From assembly GCA_965655095.1 (NCBI GenBank), contig OZ296648.1, positions 100,502,001 to 100,566,000 of the forward strand: a stretch of DNA of 64,000 bases, given 5' to 3'. The notes under the pieces are model-generated. The model worked only from the letters and a program-made list of their open reading frames with translations. It had not been told where the DNA came from and did not search any database. The position numbers and the translations under genes were made by a program. Of this stretch, positions 45,401 through 57,400 are shown in pieces. The stretch's first letter is position 1. Every line of letters starts with the position of its first letter. The stretch is from Haplodiscus bocki (taxonomy: Eukaryota).

Positions 45401-48400
45401 TTCGTTTTTAAGAAATTCTTGAACCATATCTTTAACGTTGTCCGAGAATTTATCGCAATTCGAAGTAAAGGTGTGAAAATTTAATGGGAATTTTTCGAGT
45501 TTATGGCCTCTATTTTTGTTAGAATATCTTTTGCAAGTTGTCGTTTGAATTTTTTAAAATCTTTATCAGAGTTGTGCGTACTTTGGCATTTATTTTTGGA
45601 AAGGTTTTCATTTCTTCATTGACTTGCAGAATATTAAAGCATCATTTTTGGAATTTCAAATGAGAGTGGGTATACAATTCATGAACTGTTGAGATTATCA
45701 ATCGAAAAATTTCATCATATAGTGACTTCAGCTTGTGTTAGCCCAACCTCAGTCGATTTTTTTTCTGTTGGCGATGAATTGGTAGGAGGTTGTTGTAAGA
45801 TGTGCTACCATAAGTTAACACGTAATGCAGGACTGGTTAGACGTGAGTGTTTTAATAAAGTAACAGAAAATGATTGGGTGGAAATTTCTCAAAATATAGA
45901 ATTATTTCCGAATGTACGCTTCATTTTTTTTTTACTTAAGAGTGTTTTTTTTTCAAGTCAGGAAAGTAGGCATTTGTACCCATGTAGGATGCCTTTCGAA
46001 TATTCAGTGACGCTTTTTTTTGGTCCAACAAAAACCTCAACAAGGAGATTTCCGACCGGCTGATGTTTTCCTTGCCTGAACAGCAGGTTTGTATCATCGT
46101 CCAGCAAAAAAGACTGGAACTGATCGCATTTATTTGATAGGTTATTGTACATAGGAAGAAGTAGAGTCTAATATGGAGCCTTTGGTTACGCCAAATCGAA
46201 TGGAAATTGCCATTGAAATCTACCTGAACTTTTTGCTGACGACCAGTAGAGTAGTTTTCGAATTAGTCATTAGCTTTTCGATGGTGTGTAATTTGTTGAG
46301 CAATTTTCGATGATCAATTGTGTCAAAGGTTGTTTTAAATCTATGGAAGATAAGAGAGCAAGCATTCGATTGTGCAAATCTTTTTCCCACTCATTTTTGC
46401 CAAGGCATCGATTGTGCTCAAGATCGAAGAGTGGATCGATTTTGATTGATTACATTGAATCCTTCAAGGTACTACGAAAGTACATGTTACGAAGTAAACA
46501 TTTTCCCTTTTTTCGGTCGGTGCTTTAGTTATTTTTCAAAAGCCCGGCGAGAGTAGTGCTTCTGAAACGACAGACCTTTTTCTGTATACGACGTTTTTCA
46601 CTTACCAGGCGTAGTTTTTTCTCCACACAAAATCACATAAACATTTGATAACAACCTGTCTTCAAGGAAGCAATTAGGAAAACCTGCAATTTTGTATAAA
46701 GTTTAAACTATTTAAGAAATTGGAAGTTTCATTTTCCAACTTATTTGCTCAAAATTTTTCGAAAAAGCCAATTCCAGAATTTTTCGTGTTACCCCTGTTT
46801 GGGTAATCTAATAATTTTCAAGATAGAAATGTCGATTGTTTTGAGATACGCCCCATCGCTGTTGTTCGAAAAAATGTGGCGACTGCGGCTTAAAACCAAA
46901 TTTCCGAGGAACCAATAGTTTTTGAAGATCAAAAACTCCCTGTGTTTTGAGCTTTACGAGCGACACTGACTTGGTAGTTCTAGGCTTGTTTCGCCATATT
47001 TTAATATCCACTCGCTCTCCACGTTTTTTTAACGTTTACATGCTAAGTGTACGTTGACAAGTTTGATAATTGTACGATTTTGAATTTGAAAATTTTCTGT
47101 GACCGTGATGAATGCGTATAAAATGCTTATGTTTTTTGAAAGTGCTTTTTTTACACGAAGATCTTTTTCAACCTGCGATAATATAGCGAATTTGCTGTCG
47201 AATGCTTATTAGTTTTTTTTCATAAGTACACCTTTTCTTTGAAAACGCATCTTAAACAAAGTTGGAGAGCTGAAATGTGACGGTGGTAAGCTGACCGTCT
47301 TGTTTGGTCCTGCTTTCGAATTGTTACTTGTGTCCATACAGGTATCAAGCACGAGGCAACCGTATGTGAGGTGTGTAGGATGCAGCCCATTTTCGGGGTG
47401 AGGTGGGCGTGTGCTGAGTGTGCGGCGGTTGATTTGTGTTCCTCGTGTTACCATGGCGACAAGCATCAGGTGAGACACAGGTTCTATCGGATTGCGAATG
47501 CCGCCAGTGATAAGGTCATGATGGAGGCCAGACGGAAAAGCAAGAAGATTGTAGCCAGAGGAATATTTGTTGGGGCCAGAGTTGTCCGGGGAGTCGACTG
47601 GCAGTGGGAGGTGAGTCGCTGCCTGAGTATACTATATGAAAAGCTTTTTCATATATAAGTGCTTTTCAAAAGGATTTGGACTTGTCGCCAATCAATTAGA
47701 AGATCCTTTGAATTCATTTTCAATATCGAACTTCGTTTTTTTTCGGGAGAATCAAAGTTCTGCGAAGTTTGAAATTTTAAAGGCGAAAAATGACTTCAGG
47801 AACTATGAGTTTTTCAGACCAAATCTGTTTTAACCCCTTATGGCGATGAGGCTTGGATAATATTTTGAAAACCCTTTCAATTCATGACCACCAAAGTTTG
47901 ATTTTTCTTAAAGTAGCAATTTTTATCTAGTTAGAACTTTATTACTAACGGTGGCAACAGTGTAGGGATTGTCTAAGTATTTTAGCGATTGCTAAAATCA
48001 ATGTCCAATTTGAACAGACAGACTTTTGTATCGTCTATGTTACTCTAATTTATTCTTTTGTTCTTTATTAGGACCAAGACGGAGGAATCAACCGTAGGGG
48101 CAAAATAACGGAGGTGCAAGACTGGAGTGCGTCTAGTCCTCGCAGTGCAGCCTATGTTTTATGGGACAATGGAGCCAAAAATTTATACCGTGTCGGGTTC
48201 GAGGGAATGGTTAGTATGCAGCGACTACCTTCATTTACATTGATATCCCCGTGGAATTTGTACTGAACTTCTAATTATAAATTAACTATTAGCCACCTTT
48301 GACTATTTGATTTGCTTTCAGTCGGATGTGAAAGTAATAGCTGATGGAAAAGGAGGATCTTTCTACAGAGACCATTTACCTCTTTTGGGTGAAATGAGTG

Positions 48401-51400
48401 GCATAATGCCATCAGCGACCATGATTTTGAACAGACCCGGAATGGGGGGTATCACTATAGGAGACGTGGTGCTGATCGATTTGGATTTGGAGATAGTGAA
48501 ATCTTTTCAACATGGTCACGGTGGCTGGACTGATGGCATGCTGGAAGTTGGTATTGTTCCATAGATGGTCTAGAAAGATTTTCATAATACATACTTGAAA
48601 TTTTAAAATAACATTTTATGTGCAATACAGTGTGTGAGGGGAGCAAGTGGAACTGTTGTTGGCATCGACGAGGACAATGATATTGTTGTCAGTTACCCTA
48701 GTGGTAATAGGTATGTACGTAGCAGCATCTTTTCACGCCAAAGCCACTTCTACTCTGATGTGGTTTAAAGCTGCTGGCACGATATTGAAATAATTTCGCC
48801 TCATCCATTATTGGGAAGAGAAGTTATCAGAATTTATCAAATTATAGTAAGAGTGCTATCTGGATGGAGTTACGTATGCAACTATATTTTATCAAAATAC
48901 TCCAAAATAACATTTAATTGAACTCCGATTAACACCCCTCCTCTACTTTGCAGATTTTTTCATGTCAAAGGGGACTAACGTGCACGTGGAAAGACTTAAC
49001 ATCTTCTATCACTGATTTATAATTAGAAATATGCGACTGCCATGTGAAACCAAAAGGTCGAATTATTTTATTCGTTTTTTTTACCAAAAACATTCAAAAA
49101 TTTCAGAATCGGTTAAGCAAATTATAGGTCCTAGCTCCAACAGAAAATTTGGCAGATGTTCAGCCGACTGGATTCATTTAGTCCTCGACGGGAAATTTCT
49201 GCAAAATTTTGCAAAAACTTGCGAGGACTGCGAATGCTGCTGAGCCAAACTCGAATTTTTCGACCATGTAAAAACTTGCGACAATATATGATTAGATGGG
49301 GGATAATTTTGGGCTTTGATCTAATTTGAAGGAATATCGTAAATATAAATCTAATTAATTTTTTTAATGGTTTCATCCAATCGGTTATCTATTAGGCAGT
49401 GCCATTTGTAAATCTGATGATTGAACGACATCATTGCCTGATTTTGCCTAGCCTTAGACAAGATCCTTGGAAACTGTCTAAAAACACACTTTACCTGAAA
49501 TTATTTCTCGAATCCTATTCGCTGTAATTTGAGTACGGTTTCATGTCATTTCTTCCAATGCAATGTCAACCTAAGCACTTTCAAATCATGCCATTTCAAC
49601 CTATTGGAATTTCGACCTTTTATATTAATTGGAAATTTATAAAGCTCTCTTAAATACCATCGTTTAAGATCAAAAGAATCTATTATGCCGCATTAAAACA
49701 ATACCTACATGATGTCGCGAAACGTTGAAATTTTGTTCGACTTTTTAAACATTGATATACTGGGTGTCCCTTAAAACTATACATGTTTAAATTTTCAACT
49801 CTTGAAACTGATGGTATTCGTAAACAAGCCGTCAAGATGCTCCCAAAACTTCTTATTTTGCTTGCCAATCATCGAAAAATCCAGCACTTTTTTTCAAAAT
49901 TCAAAGTGAAAATTGCATCATTTTGGTCAAATATAAGGTGAACCATAAGAAACGGCACGTGAAAAATTTCTGACTTTCATTGAATTTCTTATTCGTCAGG
50001 AAGACGTTGGATTTTTTCCAACTTCCCCTATCTGGTCTTTGAGGCATCAGAATTGAAACCTCTAGTTCGGATCAAAATGTGAATGCGACTATCTCATGTT
50101 CAGTTTATGAGAGTTGCCTCGTTTTTGTTGAGCGAAATTATGCATTTTTCACTTTGATATTTGAATCACAGATCACCAGTTCTCATGATTGACAATTATA
50201 ATTAAATGTTTTTGAGATCGTGTCGGTAATTAGTTTCAAAAAATCACTTATTTTGAGAGCTGCAAAATTTTTACACATACTGTTTTCTATGTAGACAATT
50301 TTCTCAATGTGAATCTAAATTGGTCATTTTCACACATTGATAGGTACCTGGTGTCAATTTGATGCTCGGCAGACACGGTTGGGTGGTTTTGGAGTAAATT
50401 TTGTTCTTGGTGACCAATATCACATAATTGGAAAGTAGAAAGTCTTTACCATCGGCCATTGAAATATGGTAATACGAAAGCGAAGGATTAGTTTTTAGTT
50501 TGATTTGAGTAATGAACATAATTTAACGATCAATTATCTTTCAACTCGTAACTTTCTGAATTAGTTCGAAATTGTAGTAGGTTGAAAGTGCGGAAGGTTG
50601 AAATGGCATTGGACGAAATGATCTGACATCAAGAGTACACGTACGCTATTAAACGCTAGATTTGAAGACCAGAAGCATGAATGCTTTGTTCGGCATTAAG
50701 GGAGTAGCGCAAGACTCGTTGAGTTTACTTTTTTTCCGCAAATCGATCGGTGACTGCTGATCGGCTATTCAATAAAGAGCAGTCGGCTAATTTCATTCAT
50801 TCAATTGTATTCATTTGGTTAAGCACCGTCGTCTCTTCACTTTCGATCATCCGTATATAAGTTAGTTCACTCTCAAGTTTTGGTAAGTAATTGAATTGAT
50901 CTTCAAGCACTCAGAGATTCAATTTTTCTCTAAAATTTGCCACTTTTATTCGCATCTTTGCGTTTTCAAATTTGCCGGTCAATTTTTTGTGAAATTGGCA
51001 AACTTTAAAAAAAATTGGCATTGTCTTAGCTCAAAATGCCTTTCATCCTTAATGCGCATTTTTTTGGTTTTGTTTAGGTGGACCTTCAACCCTGCTGTAT
51101 TGAAACGAGTCCGAGCATTCCCGCCTCTTGTATCCAATCCTCTCAACACTCCTCACAATTTCCAAGAAAGCCACTTTGACGACTCTTTGCCTCCGTATCT
51201 CGAGGAAGATGCCCCAACCTACGAGTACAGCTCTGGTGACTCGCCCCGAGGTGCTGTCGGTGGCGTGAATTTGGAGGCTTCTGCTTCCGTTCAGTTTCAA
51301 CCCGGAGATTTTATACAGGTCATAAACGATGTCGAGAGAGTAAAAGCTCTTCAGAGAGGACATGGAGAATGGGCTGCTGCCATGGCTCCGGTAAGATTCA

Positions 51401-54400
51401 CTTCAGCCCAAACTTGGAATTAAGTTTTTTTTTAGTTGTGATTCAATTTTTCTCTTTCTGGGTTACGTTCTGCTTTCAAGAGTGGTGATTACAGTATTGA
51501 AGTAACTGGAACCGTTTCTATTGGGAGTGTAACCGCGTTTAATTTGAATTCGGGCCAGTAGTAATCGTGAAAAGTCGGGGCAGCACATGAATAGCAGCCG
51601 CAATCTAAAATTGGATTCAGAAAAAATATAAAATTAATGAAAAATGGAAGAATTGGAAAAATTCATCATGTTTAGCTCCAAATTTAGGCTTAAAAACGCT
51701 ATAAGCCGCGCTTATAATTCGTATAAAACGGTTATTGATCAGGACTAACTGTCTTTTAATACTCATGATTTCAAAATGACTGGCAACAAAATAGTAACCA
51801 ATGATTTGGATGTTTGTCAGACGTTGGGAAAAGTAGGACAAGTGCAGCAAATTTATCACGACAATGACCTCAAAGTGGAAGTATGTGGGACTTGTTGGAC
51901 CTACAACCCCCTGTGTGTGGTCAAGATCTCTCAAGACAGTCTCTCTTCAAATCTGCAGTCCATCAACTTGGGAAACTCTTCATCTCCCGCGGCAATCAAT
52001 TCTTCGTCAGGTAATGTAATCCTTTCTAGTAGTTAAACGAGTTGAGAGCAGAATTCTCATTTGACCTGAAATGTTTGAATTGAAACTGTTCAACAAGGTG
52101 AAAGTAATAATGTTTTTAGCGCTTTGGTACTCTGAAATCTTATTATTTCCCGCGCGTATTTCGGATGTGGAAGTGAAATTCAAAATTCCGGTTTCTTCAC
52201 ATAAAATCTGTCAAATGCACGATCAACAAAAATTGCATAATCGTAAATGTTTGAACAGTATAATTTATCCAACCCATTCTAGAATGCGCATGAAATAGCA
52301 GTAAGTAGCGGAAATGAGTTTTCAGCACAAGCGTTTTTTAATATCGATGGCGAATTCGGACTATATCATAGAAGGAACTACGTCGACTTTTTTTCAGAGC
52401 ACTGAATTTATGTCGTGGACACTTCTGCCTCATTAAACAATTTCAACCTAAACTGATGTTCCGCTTTCAGTCGGTAGAGAGCTACCTAATAATTCTTTCG
52501 GCGTAAGAAGCATGTCTTAATTCATATAAGGCGAGCGACGTTTTTGCCAATTTTGCCATATTCCCGAATACAAACTTAACCAAAAGTCGTTAAATTTTCT
52601 ATTTTTGCCCAAATTTTCGCGCTTTTGCCCCACAAAATCAACAAAACTACTATTCCGTGCAGAATCCTTCCTCGAAAATTTTCACTTTTCGGGGAAAAGT
52701 TGCAAATTTTCGTGTTTTATTGAAGAAAATACCCCAACTTCGGTATTTTCCACGTTTTTCATTCTGTTGCCTTGCGAAAAATCTATTTATCTACTAACCA
52801 GCTGCAATTAATATGAAACGTCAATTTGGGATAAGTTTTCGAAAGTTTTGTCAAAAAGTGGTGTTATTAGTGTATCGAAATTTGTCAAAATAGCTAATTT
52901 CGCAATTTTCCCAGAATTTTCGGACTTTGCTTTCACCATCAACTTTTTAGCTCATAGTTGAAACTAATTCGATACAGGTGGATGAATATTGCGGAATCTT
53001 ACAATTTTTCAAAGTTTTTCATTTTCCAGCTTTTTCGGTGCTCCCAAGTAAATGAGGAACTTTTTTTAAAACCAACCTGTAGACATTGATATAATGTGGA
53101 AAAATTTCTATGACGCCCTTTTCGACTTGTTCAACGATTATGTTGTCAAAAGCTTGCCGTTTCTAGAAAAGTCTTTTTCACGCAAAGGTTTGACATTCGT
53201 TTCTTTGTCGCAAAAGCTTGGATTGAAACTGAAAACATAGTCGTTGTGGACGTGGATTATTTTTCAATTGGGAATTTCCCCACAACGGCTTCTTCGATTG
53301 CGCTCTGAGAGTCTTGAGTCAAAAGTCATCTTTTTCCAGAAATGACTTGATGGAATTAATGTCTGTGGATCATTTTAAAATTCACGAGTTGGAAAAGACA
53401 TTTGTCAACTAAGTTTTTGTTATCCATAAAGTCCTTATTGTTTTCAAATGCTTTCATTTCCGAGTTCCTCTTGGGCTTTTTTTGGGGGAAAGCTTAGTAA
53501 TTTACCGTCAAGTTTGGGGATTTTTAGCTCTTTTTTGTATGCAAATTCAGCTTTTCATGTATTGAGGTTTTCGTCAAATTCGTCAATCTCAAAACGCTAA
53601 AATTTTCTGGTTTTAAATCTAACTTCGTTCCAAAACCGGAACATTTCTTTCATGCGAAATATGTTAAACGATTTTTTGGAGGGGGAAAATATGCCGGGTT
53701 TATCCGGGCGTTTTTTTGGGTTTTAAATCAACTACTGGATGCTGCAGTATAATTGCAGAAAGACTTTCGCAACTGCTGAAGAAGCTGTTTGAGACTCCCA
53801 TAACTGGGGAAGTACACGAAGAACTGGTTAAAGCGGCTGCCAGTGGAGACATGCACAAGCTGGAAAGTCTTCTGTCTGTGAACGGTTCAAGCAGTGTAGA
53901 GGGTGCCAATGCCAACAAGAGATCGAGGCAACCGCCGCATTTGTATAGTTCTGCCAATGTGACCGAAGATTCTGCTTCCTCTGCTTTAAATCGAGGAGTG
54001 TCATCAGTAGTGAATGGTCTGTTTGCGGGCCACACAGCTTTGCAAGCAGCAAGCCAGAATGGCCATATCGATGCGGTGAAACTACTTATTCGACATAACG
54101 CTGACTTGGAGGTCGAAGTTAGATTTAATTTTTGCTATTAACCATTCAAGAATAGTTGGTATAAAAGTAAGAGATGAGGTTTGTGATCAAAAGTTGCGAT
54201 CATTTTTCTGTGCTCTGTTACTTATCAGTAAAAACTCCTAGCAGTTCCAGTTCGTTGAGAGTGTGGCGAACTTGCGTGTACTCTTTCAGGCTGGCAAAAA
54301 TCAGAGTTGCAGAATAAATCCTATACATAAAAAGAAGAAGCAGAGGAAAGTTCATTTCTCTAAGCAATTAATTGACTTCAAATAAAATGTTTCTCAAAAC

Positions 54401-57400
54401 TTTATGAATGAGAGGCGCGGAGAGGACAAGAAACAGGATCGTCTGATTTCTAAAAGTCCTGCTCTCAAATAAAAATTGTTCGAAATCGGGTTAGAGAGTA
54501 TTCTTGAAACAAAAAAAAACTTTATTTTTGCCAAAAAATGCTTATCTAAATGTAACAGGACGCTGGGCGTCAATACATTTCAATGCCAAACGGGAAGCTT
54601 CCATCCCGTTTTGTCCAGCATCCGCAGTTTATTATTTTCCGCCCATATTTATGATATGGAAGGAAAATCATCCACTCAACGCGGTATGTTTTTTCAAACG
54701 TTTACTTGGCCGATTGTCCGGGCAGAATGTCCGGACGATTCTGAATTTGGAAATTTTTAATCACCAAATTATAGCAAACTTGCCATAGAATGCAACTGAA
54801 ATGGTAAGGTTTCTCAAATGCGTACGAAATTGTTTTTTTTTCCAAATTGTTTAGGAAAAATTTGGTAGAGGTGACAAACTTGATGTAGAATGCGTATCAA
54901 ATGGTATCATTTCTTAAAAATGTCTTTTCCACCTTAATTGTGAGATTTTTTTTGCTACAAATCAGAAAAATTTTGAAAAAAAACTTTTTCATCCATTTAA
55001 AATGCATCTTCAACAAAATTGGAGAGCGGAAAATATTCTGGTGATAGCTGGTCGTCGTGTTTTGAGTAATTATTCTGGAGCTCGAACGCTACGTAACCGA
55101 TCGCTATAAATACGTTTCTAGAAAAGTAACAATGACGTAGATCGTCCAGGGGCATTGAAAATGGTCGTATGTTTTATGAACGCACTCATTGGATCCAAGA
55201 TATCGCTTGTGAACGACTAACAAGTACCATTTGGCAATCACGTTTTTTATTTTCGTTTTTCAGAATTTTTATGGTCGATTGACATGCGAAAAAATTCTAT
55301 CTTCGAAAATCCTTCGGGAATTTTTTTGGCCATTTTCTCAAAAACTAAACTAATTGGAGGCTCTTAGTCCGGCCCCAGAATCCGGGGTCCAAAAATAAGT
55401 ACCGATTCAGCCCAGCACCCCGAGGGAGCTCTCACGAATCGGGAGATCATTATTATGTTCACTAGGTTTAGTGTAAAATTTAGGGGACATCTGATCGTTA
55501 ACCCTAAATGGGTGTCAGTAAATAACCTTCAGTAGCAAAATATGTCCGACGTACTCGAGCGAAGAAAGTGCTGACTGGTTAGCTGTGACCGAGAAATGAG
55601 AGAGCTCATATTTTATGCATATATTTCGCAAACATTTCAGGAGAAAAGCTGCTGTAGGCGCCGGAGAAAGAATTGTTCGATAAAGTGTTTAAAGCTTTGT
55701 GCATATCGAACTTATAGACTGACGATCATTTTCAACTTATTGGCATGAAATTTATCACGGGTTTACTTGTGCTGTAGACATTCTTAGCGGGAAAGATAAA
55801 CTCGAAAATATCGGTCAAGTATTTCTTATTATGCAATTATTTATTGATTGCGTCAAAAATGAAATTAAGTAAATAAATATACATCAGAGCTCGTGCACAG
55901 TAAGAATACCATTTTGAGCAATCAAATCATTTACGTCCGGGCGCTTTCGCCGAAACGAAATAATTATCAATTTTCCTCTCTGCAGTTTCGAATACGGTTT
56001 TTCTAAGTTTGGAACAAAAGCTGAAAAGCTACACCGTCCATAAATAGGGATGCTGTATTGTGATCACCTGTAGTGACTTCAATGTATGTAATATATTGAC
56101 GTCGCCACAGAGGATCACAGGCTTGATCATGTTTGTGAATTTACTTCAGAACTTATCCCACGTATGCAGAAAGCTTTACTTCTAGTTATTTTGTTGGATT
56201 ATATACTACACCAGTTTGGAAGCACGTGCTGTTATATTTGAGTTCAACCAGTAAAGCTTCTTGAATGCTACAAAGAACATTTCAGCAAACTTGTACCAAG
56301 TCTAACCGTTATCATTACCCCACCTCCCTTAGAATTCGACACTTCGGAAAAAATTCATTAACTAGTACACAATACAGCTGAGCTGGATCATCGATTGAGA
56401 GCCAGGTTGTATTGATAGCAATAAAAACGAGCTGGGATTCAAGAGAATAGAATACTGCTACTCAGTTCAAGTTGTTTTTTTATTGGGCGTGAATTGAGAT
56501 AAATAATCCTTATTGTTTGGATGTTATTTTCATGGGCAGTATTATTACGGTGTAGGTTGCTTCGTCTCATATGAACCGTCACTTTCTCAAAAGGACTCTG
56601 ACTCGTCTTCTTTCGTCTACTTCGCTACCTGTAGGGTAGTTACGAATGTGGGTGCCAGAGATATGACTGTTCGGTCAGCGAGAATATTCTCGTCAGAGGG
56701 TGCACACTCGGAATGAGGAGACATCATAAGGGTGTTCTTTATACACCATGGTTCGAGAAAAGTATCGGGTTTCCTAACAAAACTGGGCATAGCAAGAGCG
56801 AAGTCACATATAACCGCAGATAAGCCATTTCAACATTCTCGATCTCAACTGGACACGGGTCTTCATTTTCTTCATTGTTCCTTTTAGGTACGAAGTGTTT
56901 CGTTTCACTTGCATATTTAATGTTCGTAGCTTTTGCATCCGAAAATCCTGGATAAAATGCATACAATTCTTGCTTGCAAGTAAAAACATGAGCATGTCTT
57001 TCTTTCTTTCTCTCTCTTTCTCTCTCTTTCTCTCTCTCTTCTGCTTGAACACTTCTGTTTCCTGGGCAAAGAATTCCTCTGAATGCAGGCTTATTGAGAG
57101 AATGTTTAATATGCATCCGCCAGGTTCTTCTCACCCACTCAAGATCACGATGCTTGTAGTACAGGAATTTTACAATAATTGGAGCAACTCTATTTCCGTT
57201 CACAGTATGACTAGCTACAAGGTCGATCTCCTTAGTTCCTATTTTAAGTGTATCGTTTATTAGGCTGAGAACATTGGCTACTGGACTAAGATTCAAATCA
57301 ATGTTGGAAATTAGTAGGCATGTTTTTCTCGAGTATCTTTCCACTGTAATAACGCTTCCATTAATTTCAGAAATGTCCTTGGTATTAGTTACTAATCGTT

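Noticed and set aside
56040-56090. Plus-strand [11 protein letters not shown] as an endonuclease GDFN motif
   Set aside because: The minus strand carries a full ordered set of APE motifs across this region, so the plus-strand match is taken as coincidence.
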